Of a DNA stretch of 64,000 nucleotides, positions 1-9,142 are shown one piece after another (the stretch's first letter is position 1; each line of letters opens with the position of its first letter). Source of the DNA: Candidatus Melainabacteria bacterium (GTDB lineage Bacteria > Cyanobacteriota > Vampirovibrionia > LMEP-6097); NCBI GenBank assembly GCA_005110385.1, contig DUDT01000009.1, positions 1,660-65,659 of the forward strand. The letters run 5' to 3'. The translations under genes and the position numbers were made by a program. The notes beneath the pieces are model-generated. The model did not search any database. It had not been told where the DNA came from and saw nothing but the letters and a program-made list of their open reading frames with translations.

Positions 1-2
1 CG

Positions 3-240
3 GGAATTAGCACTCAAACTATTTCACGTTTTGAACAAGCTGAGGAGAATATACAGTTTTCTACTGTACTTCAACTTGCAGATGCCTTAGGCTTGCATCT
101 TGAAATTGCTTCACCAAGAGGTTTTCAATTGCTAGTTAAAAGACTTTTGCGATATGCTTTAGAGAAAAATATCCCTGAAGTGGCTGATTTAATGTTTGAT
201 GAAGAGATTAGAGCTATTGCAGAGAGAGTGATTCGGTAAT
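3..240 (+). CDS. XRE-family helix-turn-helix protein, C-terminal fragment (5' end lies outside the window)
   Basis: Frame 3 is open from the window edge to TAA at 238-240. The translation GISTQTISRFEQAEENIQFSTVLQLADALGLHLEI looks like an HTH_3/XRE DNA-binding region. Confidence 0.55.
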
Positions 241-265
241 TTTAAGAAACTAGGGTTATATTTAT

Positions 266-1195
266 TTAAATTAAAGACCATTTATTTAAATAGCTTTCGT
301 ACAAATTTAATCCTTGCATATGCTCATCCGTGAAATCATAATTTAAAGTCTGAAAATAATCATTTAGGATCTCTTTCTTTAAGCCAGTTTTTGATGAGAC
401 TCTATTTATAATTTCATCTATGTCTTGATTAAGACCCATAGTCTTTGCTGCAAGGAGAAGGCTTTGTAAAAATTTCTCTTTCTTGGAATCTAATTTATGA
501 GCCCATACCCCGAAGACCATTGGTAATCCATTAGATAAATCAAACCATTCTTCACCAAGATCATAAATATATTCGCAAGGCGAACTCAAAATTTCTTCAT
601 TCGGAGTGCTGAACTCAGATATTTGGTTCGCTTCGAGTAAAGCTTTATCACCTATTAATAATTTATTAGGCAAACCTTCTCCCCTGCCAGAAAATTTAAT
701 AAATTCGATATTCTTAATATCTAGATTATATTTTTCAGCTAATAGTATTTTTAATAAGCCTACCGAGCTAGCACTTTCTTCGCTTACGTTTATTTTAGGT
801 TTTAAGCCATTCTCTTGTAAACTTTTTAGTTCTTTTAAATTTTGACTAGATAAGAATAATACGCTTTTAACTTTACCAAAGGCACTGATAGAAATTCGTT
901 TAAGTAATTTACAATGTTCTTTTATCTTGAGGTAGGCAAAGCTAGAAATAGGAGCTGCGTCTATTAGACCTTCTTCAAATAGTTTATTTAAATCATTTGG
1001 TACGCCTGTGTTAATCTCTATTTTAAAATCATCCTCTTTAGTTTCAGTGCTTTCATCTTTTAAATACTGAGATTGAATAATTTTATTTAAAGGGTAATTA
1101 AAAATTTCGCAATTAATATATGAAATTTCACCAAGTTTAATTAAGCCCGAGGCGTCGTGAAAATCTCTGCTCATCTGTGTTTCAGTAATGCTCAT
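266..1195 (-). CDS. mqnA: MqnA-type chorismate dehydratase (futalosine menaquinone pathway, VitK2_biosynth family)
   Basis: 309-aa ORF. Motifs LGEISYINCEIF, GLIDAAPISSFAY and GLPMVFGVWAH match the MqnA/MqnD periplasmic-binding-like fold family. Confidence 0.55.
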   Translation of the reverse strand: MSITETQMSRDFHDASGLIKLGEISYINCEIFNYPLNKIIQSQYLKDESTETKEDDFKIEINTGVPNDLNKLFEEGLIDAAPISSFAYLKIKEHCKLLKRISISAFGKVKSVLFLSSQNLKELKSLQENGLKPKINVSEESASSVGLLKILLAEKYNLDIKNIEFIKFSGRGEGLPNKLLIGDKALLEANQISEFSTPNEEILSSPCEYIYDLGEEWFDLSNGLPMVFGVWAHKLDSKKEKFLQSLLLAAKTMGLNQDIDEIINRVSSKTGLKKEILNDYFQTLNYDFTDEHMQGLNLYESYLNKWSLI

Positions 1196-2885
1196 ATTTA
1201 GCTGCTATTGGCATCTTTCTACCATATCCGAAGGTTAGTTCTTTAACTTTAATAATAGGTGGGTACTGTTGCCTTTTATATTCATTCCTGTCTATCATGC
1301 CTAAGATGCTGAGTACAGTTGGTTCATAGAAGCCCATTTCGACTATTTCTGAAAGTGATTTTCGCTTTTCAACGTAGTTCATAATAATTGCATCGAGTTT
1401 AGGATAAGGTGGCAGGCTATCTTCATCTTTTTGATTTTCTCTTAATTCAGCTGTTGGAGCTTTTTTGCAGATATTGTCAGGGATAGTAAGGCCCACATCT
1501 AATGAAACAGTGTTTTGGTTTATGTAATCTACTAGAGCATAGACTTCTGTTTTTAATAGATCACCTATAGGAGCTATGCTGCCACAGGTATCACCATAAA
1601 TAGTGGCATAACCTACAGCTAGCTCAGATTTATTACTAGTCGCTAATAATAGTGAACCTTCTGTATTAGAAATAGCTAAGAGGATATTTGCTCTGAGTCT
1701 TGCTTGAACATTTTCATTTGCAAGGTTACTTATTTTGGGCACAGTCTCCAGCATTGTTTCATGAAGTTCTTTTATACTGATGCTACGGTAGTCTATACCA
1801 AGATTTTTTGCTAGCTGTTGAGCGTCTTTCAAGCTCTCATTGCTGGTAAATTTAGAAGCCAACATTATGCCACTGACATTCTCTTTACCGAGGGCTTGAA
1901 CTGCTAAATAGGCGACTAAAGCTGAGTCTATTCCGCCAGAGAGACCTAGTATCGCTTTTTTAAAACCACATTTTTTAAAATAATCTTGTATGCCGAGCTT
2001 GAGAGCAGAGAGTATTTCGCCATAGGCTTTTATATCGCTGATAAAGAGTTCAGTATTGTTTTCTTCATCTATATTTAAATCTGGATTATCGTGAAATGCT
2101 TTTTCGTCATTCTTCAGAAGAGCTTCTAAATCTATCTCCATAAGATCTTCAATAAAAGAACGTCCCTGCCTAGTTACATAGCCATGTTTATTTACCACGA
2201 GCGAAGCACCGTCAAAGACTAAGTGGTCATTAGAACCTACTTGGTTACAGTAGAGTATAGGTACATGATGTTTTTCAGCTGCATGGGTAATCAGGCTTTG
2301 TCTAAGTTTAATTTTATTAATGTAATAAGGAGAGGCAGAGCAGTTAATAATCAATTTAGCCCCAAGGTTAGTTAATTTAGCGATGGGGTCTATATCGTAG
2401 AGATTTTTAAGTTCATCTGCCCATAGATCTTCACAGATGCTGATTCCTAGCTTATATCCACCGAAATCTAAAGTTTTAAATTCTTTATTAGATTCGAAAT
2501 ATCTTGTCTCATCAAACACATCATAATTAGGGAGTAAAGTTTTTCTAAATACGTCAGCTACTTTGTTCCAAGTTATAAAGAACACTGAATTAAAAAGCTC
2601 CTTACCAGTGGTGTCGTTAGAACTTACTCCGCCCACTAATATACCTAAATTCGCAGGGCAGAGTTCGGAGAGCTGTTTTAAATAGTCACCTTGCCTGATT
2701 AATAATTCTTTTTTAAATAGTAAGTCTCTTGCAGGGTAGCCGATTAGGCTCAGCTCTGGAAATATGATTAACTTAGGATTAGAATCTTTTTTACTATTAA
2801 CTATATTAATAATATCTACGTGCTTCTCGAAATTAGTTCTAAGATCGCCGACTATAGGGTTAATTTGTGCTAAAAAGGCTTTCAT
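1182..2885 (-). CDS. nadE: Glutamine-dependent NAD+ synthetase (CN-hydrolase domain plus NAD synthase domain)
   Basis: 567 aa. N-terminal nitrilase-like domain (FPELSLIGYP, ICEDLW) and C-terminal PP-loop SGGIDSALVAYLA. Confidence 0.9.
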   Translation of the reverse strand: MKAFLAQINPIVGDLRTNFEKHVDIINIVNSKKDSNPKLIIFPELSLIGYPARDLLFKKELLIRQGDYLKQLSELCPANLGILVGGVSSNDTTGKELFNSVFFITWNKVADVFRKTLLPNYDVFDETRYFESNKEFKTLDFGGYKLGISICEDLWADELKNLYDIDPIAKLTNLGAKLIINCSASPYYINKIKLRQSLITHAAEKHHVPILYCNQVGSNDHLVFDGASLVVNKHGYVTRQGRSFIEDLMEIDLEALLKNDEKAFHDNPDLNIDEENNTELFISDIKAYGEILSALKLGIQDYFKKCGFKKAILGLSGGIDSALVAYLAVQALGKENVSGIMLASKFTSNESLKDAQQLAKNLGIDYRSISIKELHETMLETVPKISNLANENVQARLRANILLAISNTEGSLLLATSNKSELAVGYATIYGDTCGSIAPIGDLLKTEVYALVDYINQNTVSLDVGLTIPDNICKKAPTAELRENQKDEDSLPPYPKLDAIIMNYVEKRKSLSEIVEMGFYEPTVLSILGMIDRNEYKRQQYPPIIKVKELTFGYGRKMPIAAKYEHY

Positions 2886-2888
2886 TTT

Positions 2889-4289
2889 ATGCTAGTATCG
2901 TGTCCTATGATAGCTCAAGGTGCTTCTCTTAGTTCTAAATTAGACCAAATTTCTAGCCACTTGAAACCGCTTAGTTATGCGGTCGATGCAAACAATAATA
3001 TTACAATAGCCGGACTTAAAGTAAAAGATTTACTTACTAAATATGGTAGCCCCTTATATATTCTCTGCGAAGAAACTATTCGTACTCGTGCAAGGCTCTA
3101 TGTAAATGCTTTTAAGAAATTTTATTCAGGCGAAAGCTTAGTTATTTATGCAAGTAAGGCACTTAACTGTAAAGCTGTCTGTAAGATTATAGATTCTGAG
3201 GGCTTAGGCATAGATGTGGTTAGTGGTGGAGAACTGTTTACTGCATTATCAGTAGGCTTTCCGAAAGAAAAAATTATTTTTCATGGTAATAATAAGGCTA
3301 AAGATGAACTGAAGATGGCGATAGAGAACCAAATCGGCTCTATTATGCTGGATAATTTTTATGAACTAGGGCTTATAAAAGAGCTTTTAGAGGAAGAATT
3401 TTCTGTAGATACGGCAGTGAACCTCTCTATTAGAGTCACTCCGGGCATAGAGTGCCATACGCATGAATATATTAAGACTGGCAGAATTGATAGTAAGTTT
3501 GGTTTTGATCTCTCTCAGGTTGATGAACTTATTTCTAAAATACTTACTTTAAAAGAGAAGTATAAAAACATAAATATTAAAGGTCTGCATGCTCATATAG
3601 GTTCACAGATATTTGAAACTATGCCGCATAACGATGTCGCGGGAGTTTTACTAAATCAATACAGGAGCCTTAAAGATAAATATGGCATTAGCTTACAGGA
3701 TATTAATGTCGGTGGTGGTTTAGGTATTAAATATCATGAACACGATGATCCCCCAGAGATTAATGACTGGGTGAAAGTTGTGGCTGATTCTATAGTTGCT
3801 AACTGTAAAACACTAAATTTAGAGTTACCGAGAGTAATAGTGGAGCCTGGTAGAAGTATAGTAGGACCCGCTGGTGTAACTGCTTATAAAGTTGGCAATA
3901 TTAAAAATATTCCAAATCTGCGTAAATATGTGGCTGTTGATGGTGGTATGGCAGATAATGTTAGGCACATTATGTATCAGGCTCGTTACTATGCTGAGGT
4001 AGATGGAAAGATTAGTGATGCTAAGACTGAAAAAGTTACTATTGCTGGTAAATTCTGTGAGTCTGGGGATATACTGATCCGTGATATCGATCTTCCAGAG
4101 CTAGATCATGATGATGTAATAGTGGTCTATTCGACTGGTGCTTATAACTATAGTATGGCGAGTAACTATAATCGAGTGCGAAGGCCTGCTATGCTACTTG
4201 TAAATAACGGCAGAGCCGATATTATTATAAGAAGAGAGACTTATGAGGACGTCCTACAATGGGATGAACTACCTCAGAACTTATCTTAG
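2889..4289 (+). CDS. lysA: Diaminopimelate decarboxylase
   Basis: 466 aa. Orn/DAP/Arg decarboxylase motifs (YASKALNC, HAHIGSQ, EPGRSIVG, CESGD). The start could instead be the ATG at 2907. Confidence 0.9.
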   Translation: MLVSCPMIAQGASLSSKLDQISSHLKPLSYAVDANNNITIAGLKVKDLLTKYGSPLYILCEETIRTRARLYVNAFKKFYSGESLVIYASKALNCKAVCKIIDSEGLGIDVVSGGELFTALSVGFPKEKIIFHGNNKAKDELKMAIENQIGSIMLDNFYELGLIKELLEEEFSVDTAVNLSIRVTPGIECHTHEYIKTGRIDSKFGFDLSQVDELISKILTLKEKYKNINIKGLHAHIGSQIFETMPHNDVAGVLLNQYRSLKDKYGISLQDINVGGGLGIKYHEHDDPPEINDWVKVVADSIVANCKTLNLELPRVIVEPGRSIVGPAGVTAYKVGNIKNIPNLRKYVAVDGGMADNVRHIMYQARYYAEVDGKISDAKTEKVTIAGKFCESGDILIRDIDLPELDHDDVIVVYSTGAYNYSMASNYNRVRRPAMLLVNNGRADIIIRRETYEDVLQWDELPQNLS

Positions 4290-4524
4290 AGAACTAGCAG
4301 AAAGCCTTTAAGGAGGTTGTACCACTATCCCAGCTGATAACACTAGTCTAGAGCTGAACTATTTAGATGTAGGAGAGCTTTTATATAAGTTTTTAGATAT
4401 AGAGTTTAATACTATAAGTCTTTTTACAGTAGCGATACAGCTTGCGATTTTAGCTTGGTTAGTATATCAGGCTTATGATCGTTTTAAAGGCACGCAGGCA
4501 GAGAGAATCTTAAGGGGTTTAATT

Positions 4525-5259
4525 ATGCTTCTGCCAGTAATGATGCTTTGTTATATTTTGAAACTAAGTATACTTACTAAAATTTTTGAAATATTTTCAC
4601 AGACTTTTATTGTGGGCTTGATAGTTATATTTGCTCCTGAATTTCGCAGAGTATTAATTCAGTTAGGCGGTGAGTTTAATCTTTTAAATTATATAGAGGG
4701 CCATAAATCTTTAGATCAGTTGGAGAAGGCGAATAAAAATATTGTCGCTTCTTTGGAGATGCTACAGAAAAAGCGAGTAGGGGCTTTGATTATCGTAGAA
4801 AAGTCTCAGGCAGAGCGTTATTATATTAATGCAGGTTTCCCTATTAATGCAGATATCTCTAAGGAGCTGATGATGACTATCTTTGATAATAAATCTCCTT
4901 TGCATGATGGTGCTGTTATTATTCGTGGAACTCAGCTTGCTCTAGCTAGTGTTATATTGCCAATGACAGAGAACCCTAAGTTAGATTGGCAGTATGGAAC
5001 TAGGCATAGGGCTGCTATCGGTTTTAGTGAAGTTACAGATGCTTTGTGTTTCGTAGTTTCAGAGGAGACTGGTGATATTTCTATGGCAAAGCAGGGGAAA
5101 TTAAAGCGATATGAGAGCATCGCAGCTTTAGAGCAAGAGCTGAGTGATTTTTATAAGCATATTGATCATAATCGCAGTAAAAGAACGCAGATATTTACTA
5201 CTTTAGGTAAGGTTTTAAGGAAAAGAAAAAAAATAATAGCTAGTGATGACGGTGTTTGA
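4525..5259 (+). CDS. cdaA: Diadenylate cyclase CdaA (DAC domain); the true start is probably upstream at a non-ATG codon
   Basis: DAC motifs PLHDGAVIIRG, GTRHRAAIG and VVSEETGDIS. The frame stays open back to 4312 and encodes a CdaA-like N-terminus (AILAWLVYQAYDRFKGTQAERILRGL). Confidence 0.85.
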   Translation: MLLPVMMLCYILKLSILTKIFEIFSQTFIVGLIVIFAPEFRRVLIQLGGEFNLLNYIEGHKSLDQLEKANKNIVASLEMLQKKRVGALIIVEKSQAERYYINAGFPINADISKELMMTIFDNKSPLHDGAVIIRGTQLALASVILPMTENPKLDWQYGTRHRAAIGFSEVTDALCFVVSEETGDISMAKQGKLKRYESIAALEQELSDFYKHIDHNRSKRTQIFTTLGKVLRKRKKIIASDDGV

Positions 5260-5275
5260 TAGAATGTTATGAGCT

Positions 5276-6013
5276 ATGAATCAGGAACTAAAAAAAGATA
5301 TTCTCGTCATTGATGATGATCCAGCTATACTTGAACTTGTAAGTTTTAATCTAGAATTGCAGGGTTATAATGTTGAGTCTTGTGATAATGCTATAGATGG
5401 CTTGGCGATGGCTTTTCAGAAGCCGCCACATTTAATTATTCTTGATTTGATGATGCCTAATATGGATGGTTTTACAGCCTGTCAGCGCATTAGGCAGAAT
5501 GATGTAACGAAAGAAACACCAGTACTAATGCTTACAGCTCTTAATCGCACTAATGATAAAGTGACTGGCTTTGATTCTGGCGCTGATGATTATTTAACTA
5601 AGCCTTTTGAGCTTCCTGAGCTTTTTGTGCGTGTTAAAGCACTTCTCAGAAGATCTGGTGCTATTACTTTAGCTCAGTCGATCCCGGAGGTTCTTCATTC
5701 TGGGGATATTACTTTAATGCCAGAATCTAGAGAAGTTAAAATTGAAGATAAAATTTTAAGACTTACTCCTATTGAGTTTGAAGTTCTGCATTGCTTAATG
5801 CAGAATCATGGTCAGACAGTATCACCAGGTCTTATTCTTAAAGAAGTCTGGGGTTATTCACCGGAAGATGATATAGATACCATCAGAGTACATATCCGTC
5901 ATTTAAGGTCTAGAATAGAAGCTGGGGCTAAGAAGTATATCAAGACTGTCTATGGTGGTGGTTATCAGTTAATTCCAGAGGGGTTTTTAAAAAGTCATTC
6001 TGGGGCAGTTTAG
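5276..6013 (+). CDS. OmpR-family response regulator (receiver plus winged helix), RpaB-like
   Basis: 245 aa. Motifs ILVIDDDP, LDLMMPNMDG, KPF and a C-terminal trans_reg_C (LTPIEFEVL ... YIKTVYGGGYQL). Confidence 0.9.
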   Translation: MNQELKKDILVIDDDPAILELVSFNLELQGYNVESCDNAIDGLAMAFQKPPHLIILDLMMPNMDGFTACQRIRQNDVTKETPVLMLTALNRTNDKVTGFDSGADDYLTKPFELPELFVRVKALLRRSGAITLAQSIPEVLHSGDITLMPESREVKIEDKILRLTPIEFEVLHCLMQNHGQTVSPGLILKEVWGYSPEDDIDTIRVHIRHLRSRIEAGAKKYIKTVYGGGYQLIPEGFLKSHSGAV

Positions 6014-6065
6014 ATTTCTTAAAGACTGATGTATAAGCTGCATCGGTCTCTGTTAGAATGTTCTT

Positions 6066-6467
6066 ATGACTTTTCTTAAAAGATTATCTTTTTTGGTTCT
6101 TGCCTTAAGTTTATTTTTAGGTGCAAGTCCCGTCTATAGCTCTCATGGAGCTGTTTCTAAGGTCACTTCATCATTAATTTCTGCTCCTTTGGGTGGCTTT
6201 TTCGGTCTTGCACGTGGGGCTGTTTCTAAGTCTTCGCAGTATGCTTCCTCATTTTCTACAGAATTTGGCGAAGGACTTCTTCCAAGATTAGTCGGTGTAC
6301 CATCTGGTTTTCTTATTGGTGGTGTCGCTGGTGGTGCGACAGGTCTTTTGCGTGGTGTGATTAACGGTGTAAGAATTAGTCAGGATAGTCCTTTCTCCGC
6401 AGCGGCTATGAGCTTGGATGGTGATTTTATTGATTTTGATCCTTATGATTTTAATGCTACATATTAA
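6066..6467 (+). CDS. Hypothetical secreted Gly/Ser-rich protein
   Basis: 133-aa ORF with a signal-peptide-like N-terminus (LSFLVLALSLFLGASPVYS). No recognisable domain. Confidence 0.45.
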   Translation: MTFLKRLSFLVLALSLFLGASPVYSSHGAVSKVTSSLISAPLGGFFGLARGAVSKSSQYASSFSTEFGEGLLPRLVGVPSGFLIGGVAGGATGLLRGVINGVRISQDSPFSAAAMSLDGDFIDFDPYDFNATY

Positions 6468-6473
6468 AGACGA

Positions 6474-6505
6474 AAACGCAGGAATTGGAGATTGGCAATA
6501 GTGCC
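6474..6505 (+). repeat. AAACGCAGAA-type dispersed repeat, copy A (intergenic, abuts the cimA ATG)
   Basis: aaacgcaggaattggagattggcaatagtgcc aligns along its whole length with copies at 46598, 36742 and 56371(rc). Confidence 0.8.
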
Positions 6506-8134
6506 ATGCGAGCAATAGAGATTTACGATACTACACTTAGAGATGGCGCGCAGATGCGTGGCATCTCTTTTAGCGTCAATGATAAACTCAAAGTACTAAG
6601 GCTATTAGATGATATTGGTGTGGCTTTCGTAGAGGGCGGTTGGCCTGGGGCGAATCCGAAGGATGTAGATTTTTTTACTGAAGCAAAAAAGATTAAGCTG
6701 AAAAACACTCAGCTAGTAGCTTTTGGCAGTACTCGTAAAGCGAATACTAAGGTGGAGTCAGATCCTATATTAGCTGCTCTTTTGCGAGCGGAGACACAGG
6801 TGATCTGCATAGTTGGGAAAAGCTCTGCCCCGCAGGTTACCAATACTTTAAAGATTTCCCTAGCAAAGAATTTAGATATGCTCGCTGAAAGTATATCTTT
6901 TCTGAAATCAGAAGGCCGCCGAGTGATAATAGATGCTGAACATTTCTTTGATGGTTACGTGGCTGATTCTGCTTACTCGCTTAAGTTTGCTAAAATTGCG
7001 GTGGAAGCTGGGGCTGAAACCTTGGTTCTCTGTGATACTAATGGTGGCAGTTTACCCGAGCAGGTTTTTAAAATCACTAAAGAGATTACAGATGCTTATA
7101 AAGAGAAGCTTAAAATTGGTATTCATGCACATAATGACTGTGAGCTTGCGGTAGCTAACAGTATTAGAGCGGTGAGAGCTGGTGCTACTCAAGTGCAGGG
7201 AACCATTAATGGCTATGGAGAACGCTGTGGTAATGCGAATCTGATTTCTATAATTCCTAATCTGGAGCTTAAGTATACTGAAGAGAAATTAAAGTGCTTA
7301 CCTAAGGATAAGTTAAAACATTTGAGCAGTCTTTCTCATTCTGTCGCTGAAATAGCTAATCAGCACCACAGTGCCCATCAGCCTTTCGTCGGAGCTAGCT
7401 CCTTCGCTCATAAAGCTGGCTTGCATGCAAGTGCAATGAAGAAGCAGGACTTTAGTTATGAGCATATAGACCCTCTTTTAGTAGGTAATGCTACGAAGAT
7501 TATTATTTCAGAGCAGTCTGGCGTGAGTAATATACTAGATTGGCTACAGAAGAAAAAGCTTTCTCCTAAAGCGAATGATGAGATTATTGGAGAATTCGCT
7601 AAAACTGTTTTAGAGAGAGTGAAGAAGCTAGAGCATAAGGGATATAGCTTTGAGAATGCTGATGCGAGTTTAGAGTTAATGGTGCGTAAATTAATAGATG
7701 TAGAAGGCTCTGCTGAAACTAAACTCAAGGCTTATAAGCCTTACTTTAAGCTAGTGGAGCACAATGTATATATTTCAAATGGCGAGAAGACAGAGGCTAC
7801 GGTACGAATCGAAATAGCAGGTGAGGAAATCCACTCTGCGAGTGTGGGTAATGGTCCGGCTAATGCCTTAGATAAAGCTCTTAGAAAAGCTTTAGTAAGT
7901 TTTTATCCTAAGATAGAAGAGTTTCAGCTATTAGATTACAAGGTAAGGATTCAGGATAGTTCACTTGGAACGGCAGCTCTGACTAAGGTTCAGGTTAATA
8001 CTGGAAATTTAGCTGAGGATTGGGATACTATCGGCGTTAGCACTAATATTATAAAAGCTTCTTGGGATGCGATTGTTGATAGTATTGAATATGGTTTGAT
8101 CAAGTATGGTGTTAAACCGGTTGAATTCGCTTAG
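6506..8134 (+). CDS. cimA: Citramalate synthase / 2-isopropylmalate synthase family (with LeuA-type C-terminal regulatory domain)
   Basis: MRAIEIYDTTLRDGAQ start, HAHND and the LeuA_dimer-like tail. The track ORF starts at TTG 6485, but that extension is encoded by repeat copy A. Confidence 0.85.
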   Translation: MRAIEIYDTTLRDGAQMRGISFSVNDKLKVLRLLDDIGVAFVEGGWPGANPKDVDFFTEAKKIKLKNTQLVAFGSTRKANTKVESDPILAALLRAETQVICIVGKSSAPQVTNTLKISLAKNLDMLAESISFLKSEGRRVIIDAEHFFDGYVADSAYSLKFAKIAVEAGAETLVLCDTNGGSLPEQVFKITKEITDAYKEKLKIGIHAHNDCELAVANSIRAVRAGATQVQGTINGYGERCGNANLISIIPNLELKYTEEKLKCLPKDKLKHLSSLSHSVAEIANQHHSAHQPFVGASSFAHKAGLHASAMKKQDFSYEHIDPLLVGNATKIIISEQSGVSNILDWLQKKKLSPKANDEIIGEFAKTVLERVKKLEHKGYSFENADASLELMVRKLIDVEGSAETKLKAYKPYFKLVEHNVYISNGEKTEATVRIEIAGEEIHSASVGNGPANALDKALRKALVSFYPKIEEFQLLDYKVRIQDSSLGTAALTKVQVNTGNLAEDWDTIGVSTNIIKASWDAIVDSIEYGLIKYGVKPVEFA

Positions 8135-8154
8135 GGGCTGCTCGCAATTTTTAA

Positions 8155-8186
8155 GGCACTTGTTGCCGAATTTTAAGTTCTGCGTT
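8155..8186 (-). repeat. AAACGCAGAA-type dispersed repeat, copy B (inverted, 21 nt after the cimA stop)
   Basis: ggcacttgttgccgaattttaagttctgcgtt is the reverse complement of aacgcagaacttaaaattcggcaacaagtgcc. Confidence 0.75.
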
Positions 8187-8323
8187 CCTTAAAAAATTTT
8201 CATAAAAGATAATATCGTATGAAGGACTTTTAACTTTGCATTTATTAAAATTAGCTTATACTAGTTCGTGTAAGCGTTTGATTGATTTAAAAAAAAATTA
8301 ACTGAGCGTGGTCTTTCTCACAC

Positions 8324-8392
8324 ATTTCCAAGTTTATGTATTAAATTTGGTTGGCAAGTCCTTAAAACACCTGAAATATTTTGAGGTGTTCA
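8324..8392 (+). promoter_or_regulatory. Conserved structured leader, copy 1 (hairpin, TTGGCAAGTCCTTAAAAC box and an SD-sequestering hairpin)
   Basis: Hairpin ccaagttt/aaatttgg (8328-8350). The box is shared with copies at 8824 and 9045. aacacct (8366-8372) pairs with aggtgtt (8384-8390), covering the GAGG Shine-Dalgarno sequence. Confidence 0.45.
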
Positions 8393-8572
8393 ATGAATTT
8401 AGCTATTCCTTTTATGACAGCTGCTGCTTTAGCTGTTCTTGGAGCCTTGCCGAAGGTTGGGCATAGTGGTTCTGATTCGGGGGCATTAAATCCTAGTCCA
8501 CGGCAAGCTTCTGCTACTTTGGAATCTTCTAATGATCGCTCACGAGCTGCATCTATGTTGCAGCCAGCTTAA
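8393..8572 (+). CDS. Small peptide (59 aa) with hydrophobic N-terminus, paralog of 9169..9336
   Basis: ATG 5 nt after GAGGTG. Translation is MNLAIPFMTAAALAVLGALPKVGHSGSDSG...NDRSRAASMLQPA. G+C is higher than in the surroundings, and a strong terminator follows. Confidence 0.5.
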   Translation: MNLAIPFMTAAALAVLGALPKVGHSGSDSGALNPSPRQASATLESSNDRSRAASMLQPA

Positions 8573-8598
8573 ACCCAAATAAACTAAACACAATTAAC

Positions 8599-8632
8599 AA
8601 AAGCAAGAATTTTCATTCTTGCTTTTGTTTTT
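8599..8632 (+). terminator. Rho-independent terminator
   Basis: Perfect 12-bp stem aaaagcaagaat/attcttgctttt with loop tttc, followed by gttttt. Confidence 0.8.
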
Positions 8633-8781
8633 AGAGGCTGATTTACAGTGAGGCTGCTTGCAAATGTACAAGTTCAAGACATTCTTGTTGAGCATGCAAG
8701 CTCAAGGCGGGGGAGGGCAAATGACCGCAAAATGTAGTCGAATATCTGCTTCGTTAAAAGATTAAATTATCCTAAGCCTAC

Positions 8782-8810
8782 TTGCCGGACTGCGTTAAAG
8801 GCTGTATAAT
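8782..8810 (+). promoter_or_regulatory. Sigma70-like promoter of leader copy 2
   Basis: TTGCCG, a 17-nt spacer, then TATAAT. The conserved leader hairpin begins 18 nt after the -10 box. Confidence 0.45.
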
Positions 8811-8823
8811 GATTCTTCTATAA

Positions 8824-8869
8824 CTTTCCATGTTTCTGTACCAAACATGGTTGACGCAAGTCTTAAAAC
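8824..8869 (+). promoter_or_regulatory. Conserved structured leader, copy 2 (its downstream ORF has decayed)
   Basis: ctttcc, then hairpin ccatgttt-ctgtacc-aaacatgg, then ttgacgcaagtcttaaaac. The downstream homologous SD+ATG reads ATG TTG CTT TAG only. Confidence 0.45.
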
Positions 8870-9044
8870 GTTTAATTTTAAACAGTAATTAAATAGAAAT
8901 CTTCAAATGTGTGAGGAGAAGCTTTTTATTTTTATTGTTTTCTTTTGAGGTTGATTTATGTTGCTTTAGGGAATCTTAAATAATTATAAACAATATAGTA
9001 ATTATAAAGTCTCTGTAGTATTATAATAAAAACCAAATTGATAA

Positions 9045-9090
9045 CTTTCCGTGTTTCTGTACCAAATCCGGTTGGCGAGAGTCGTAAAAC
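9045..9090 (+). promoter_or_regulatory. Conserved structured leader, copy 3
   Basis: ctttcc, then hairpin ccgtgttt-ctgtacc-aaatccgg, then ttggcgagagtcgtaaaac. A TATAAT box lies at 9022-9027, upstream. Confidence 0.45.
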
Positions 9091-9142
9091 TTAAAACAAA
9101 TTTAAAAACTATAAATCTTATTTACTGTGTGAGGAGGGATTT

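Noticed and set aside
8664-8771. Possible 35-aa ORF (MYKFKTFLLSMQAQGGGGQMTAKCSRISASLKD) between the terminator and the promoter of leader copy 2
   Set aside because: The SD is weak and distant, there is no paralog, and no conservation evidence is available. It may be remnant sequence, so it is not called.
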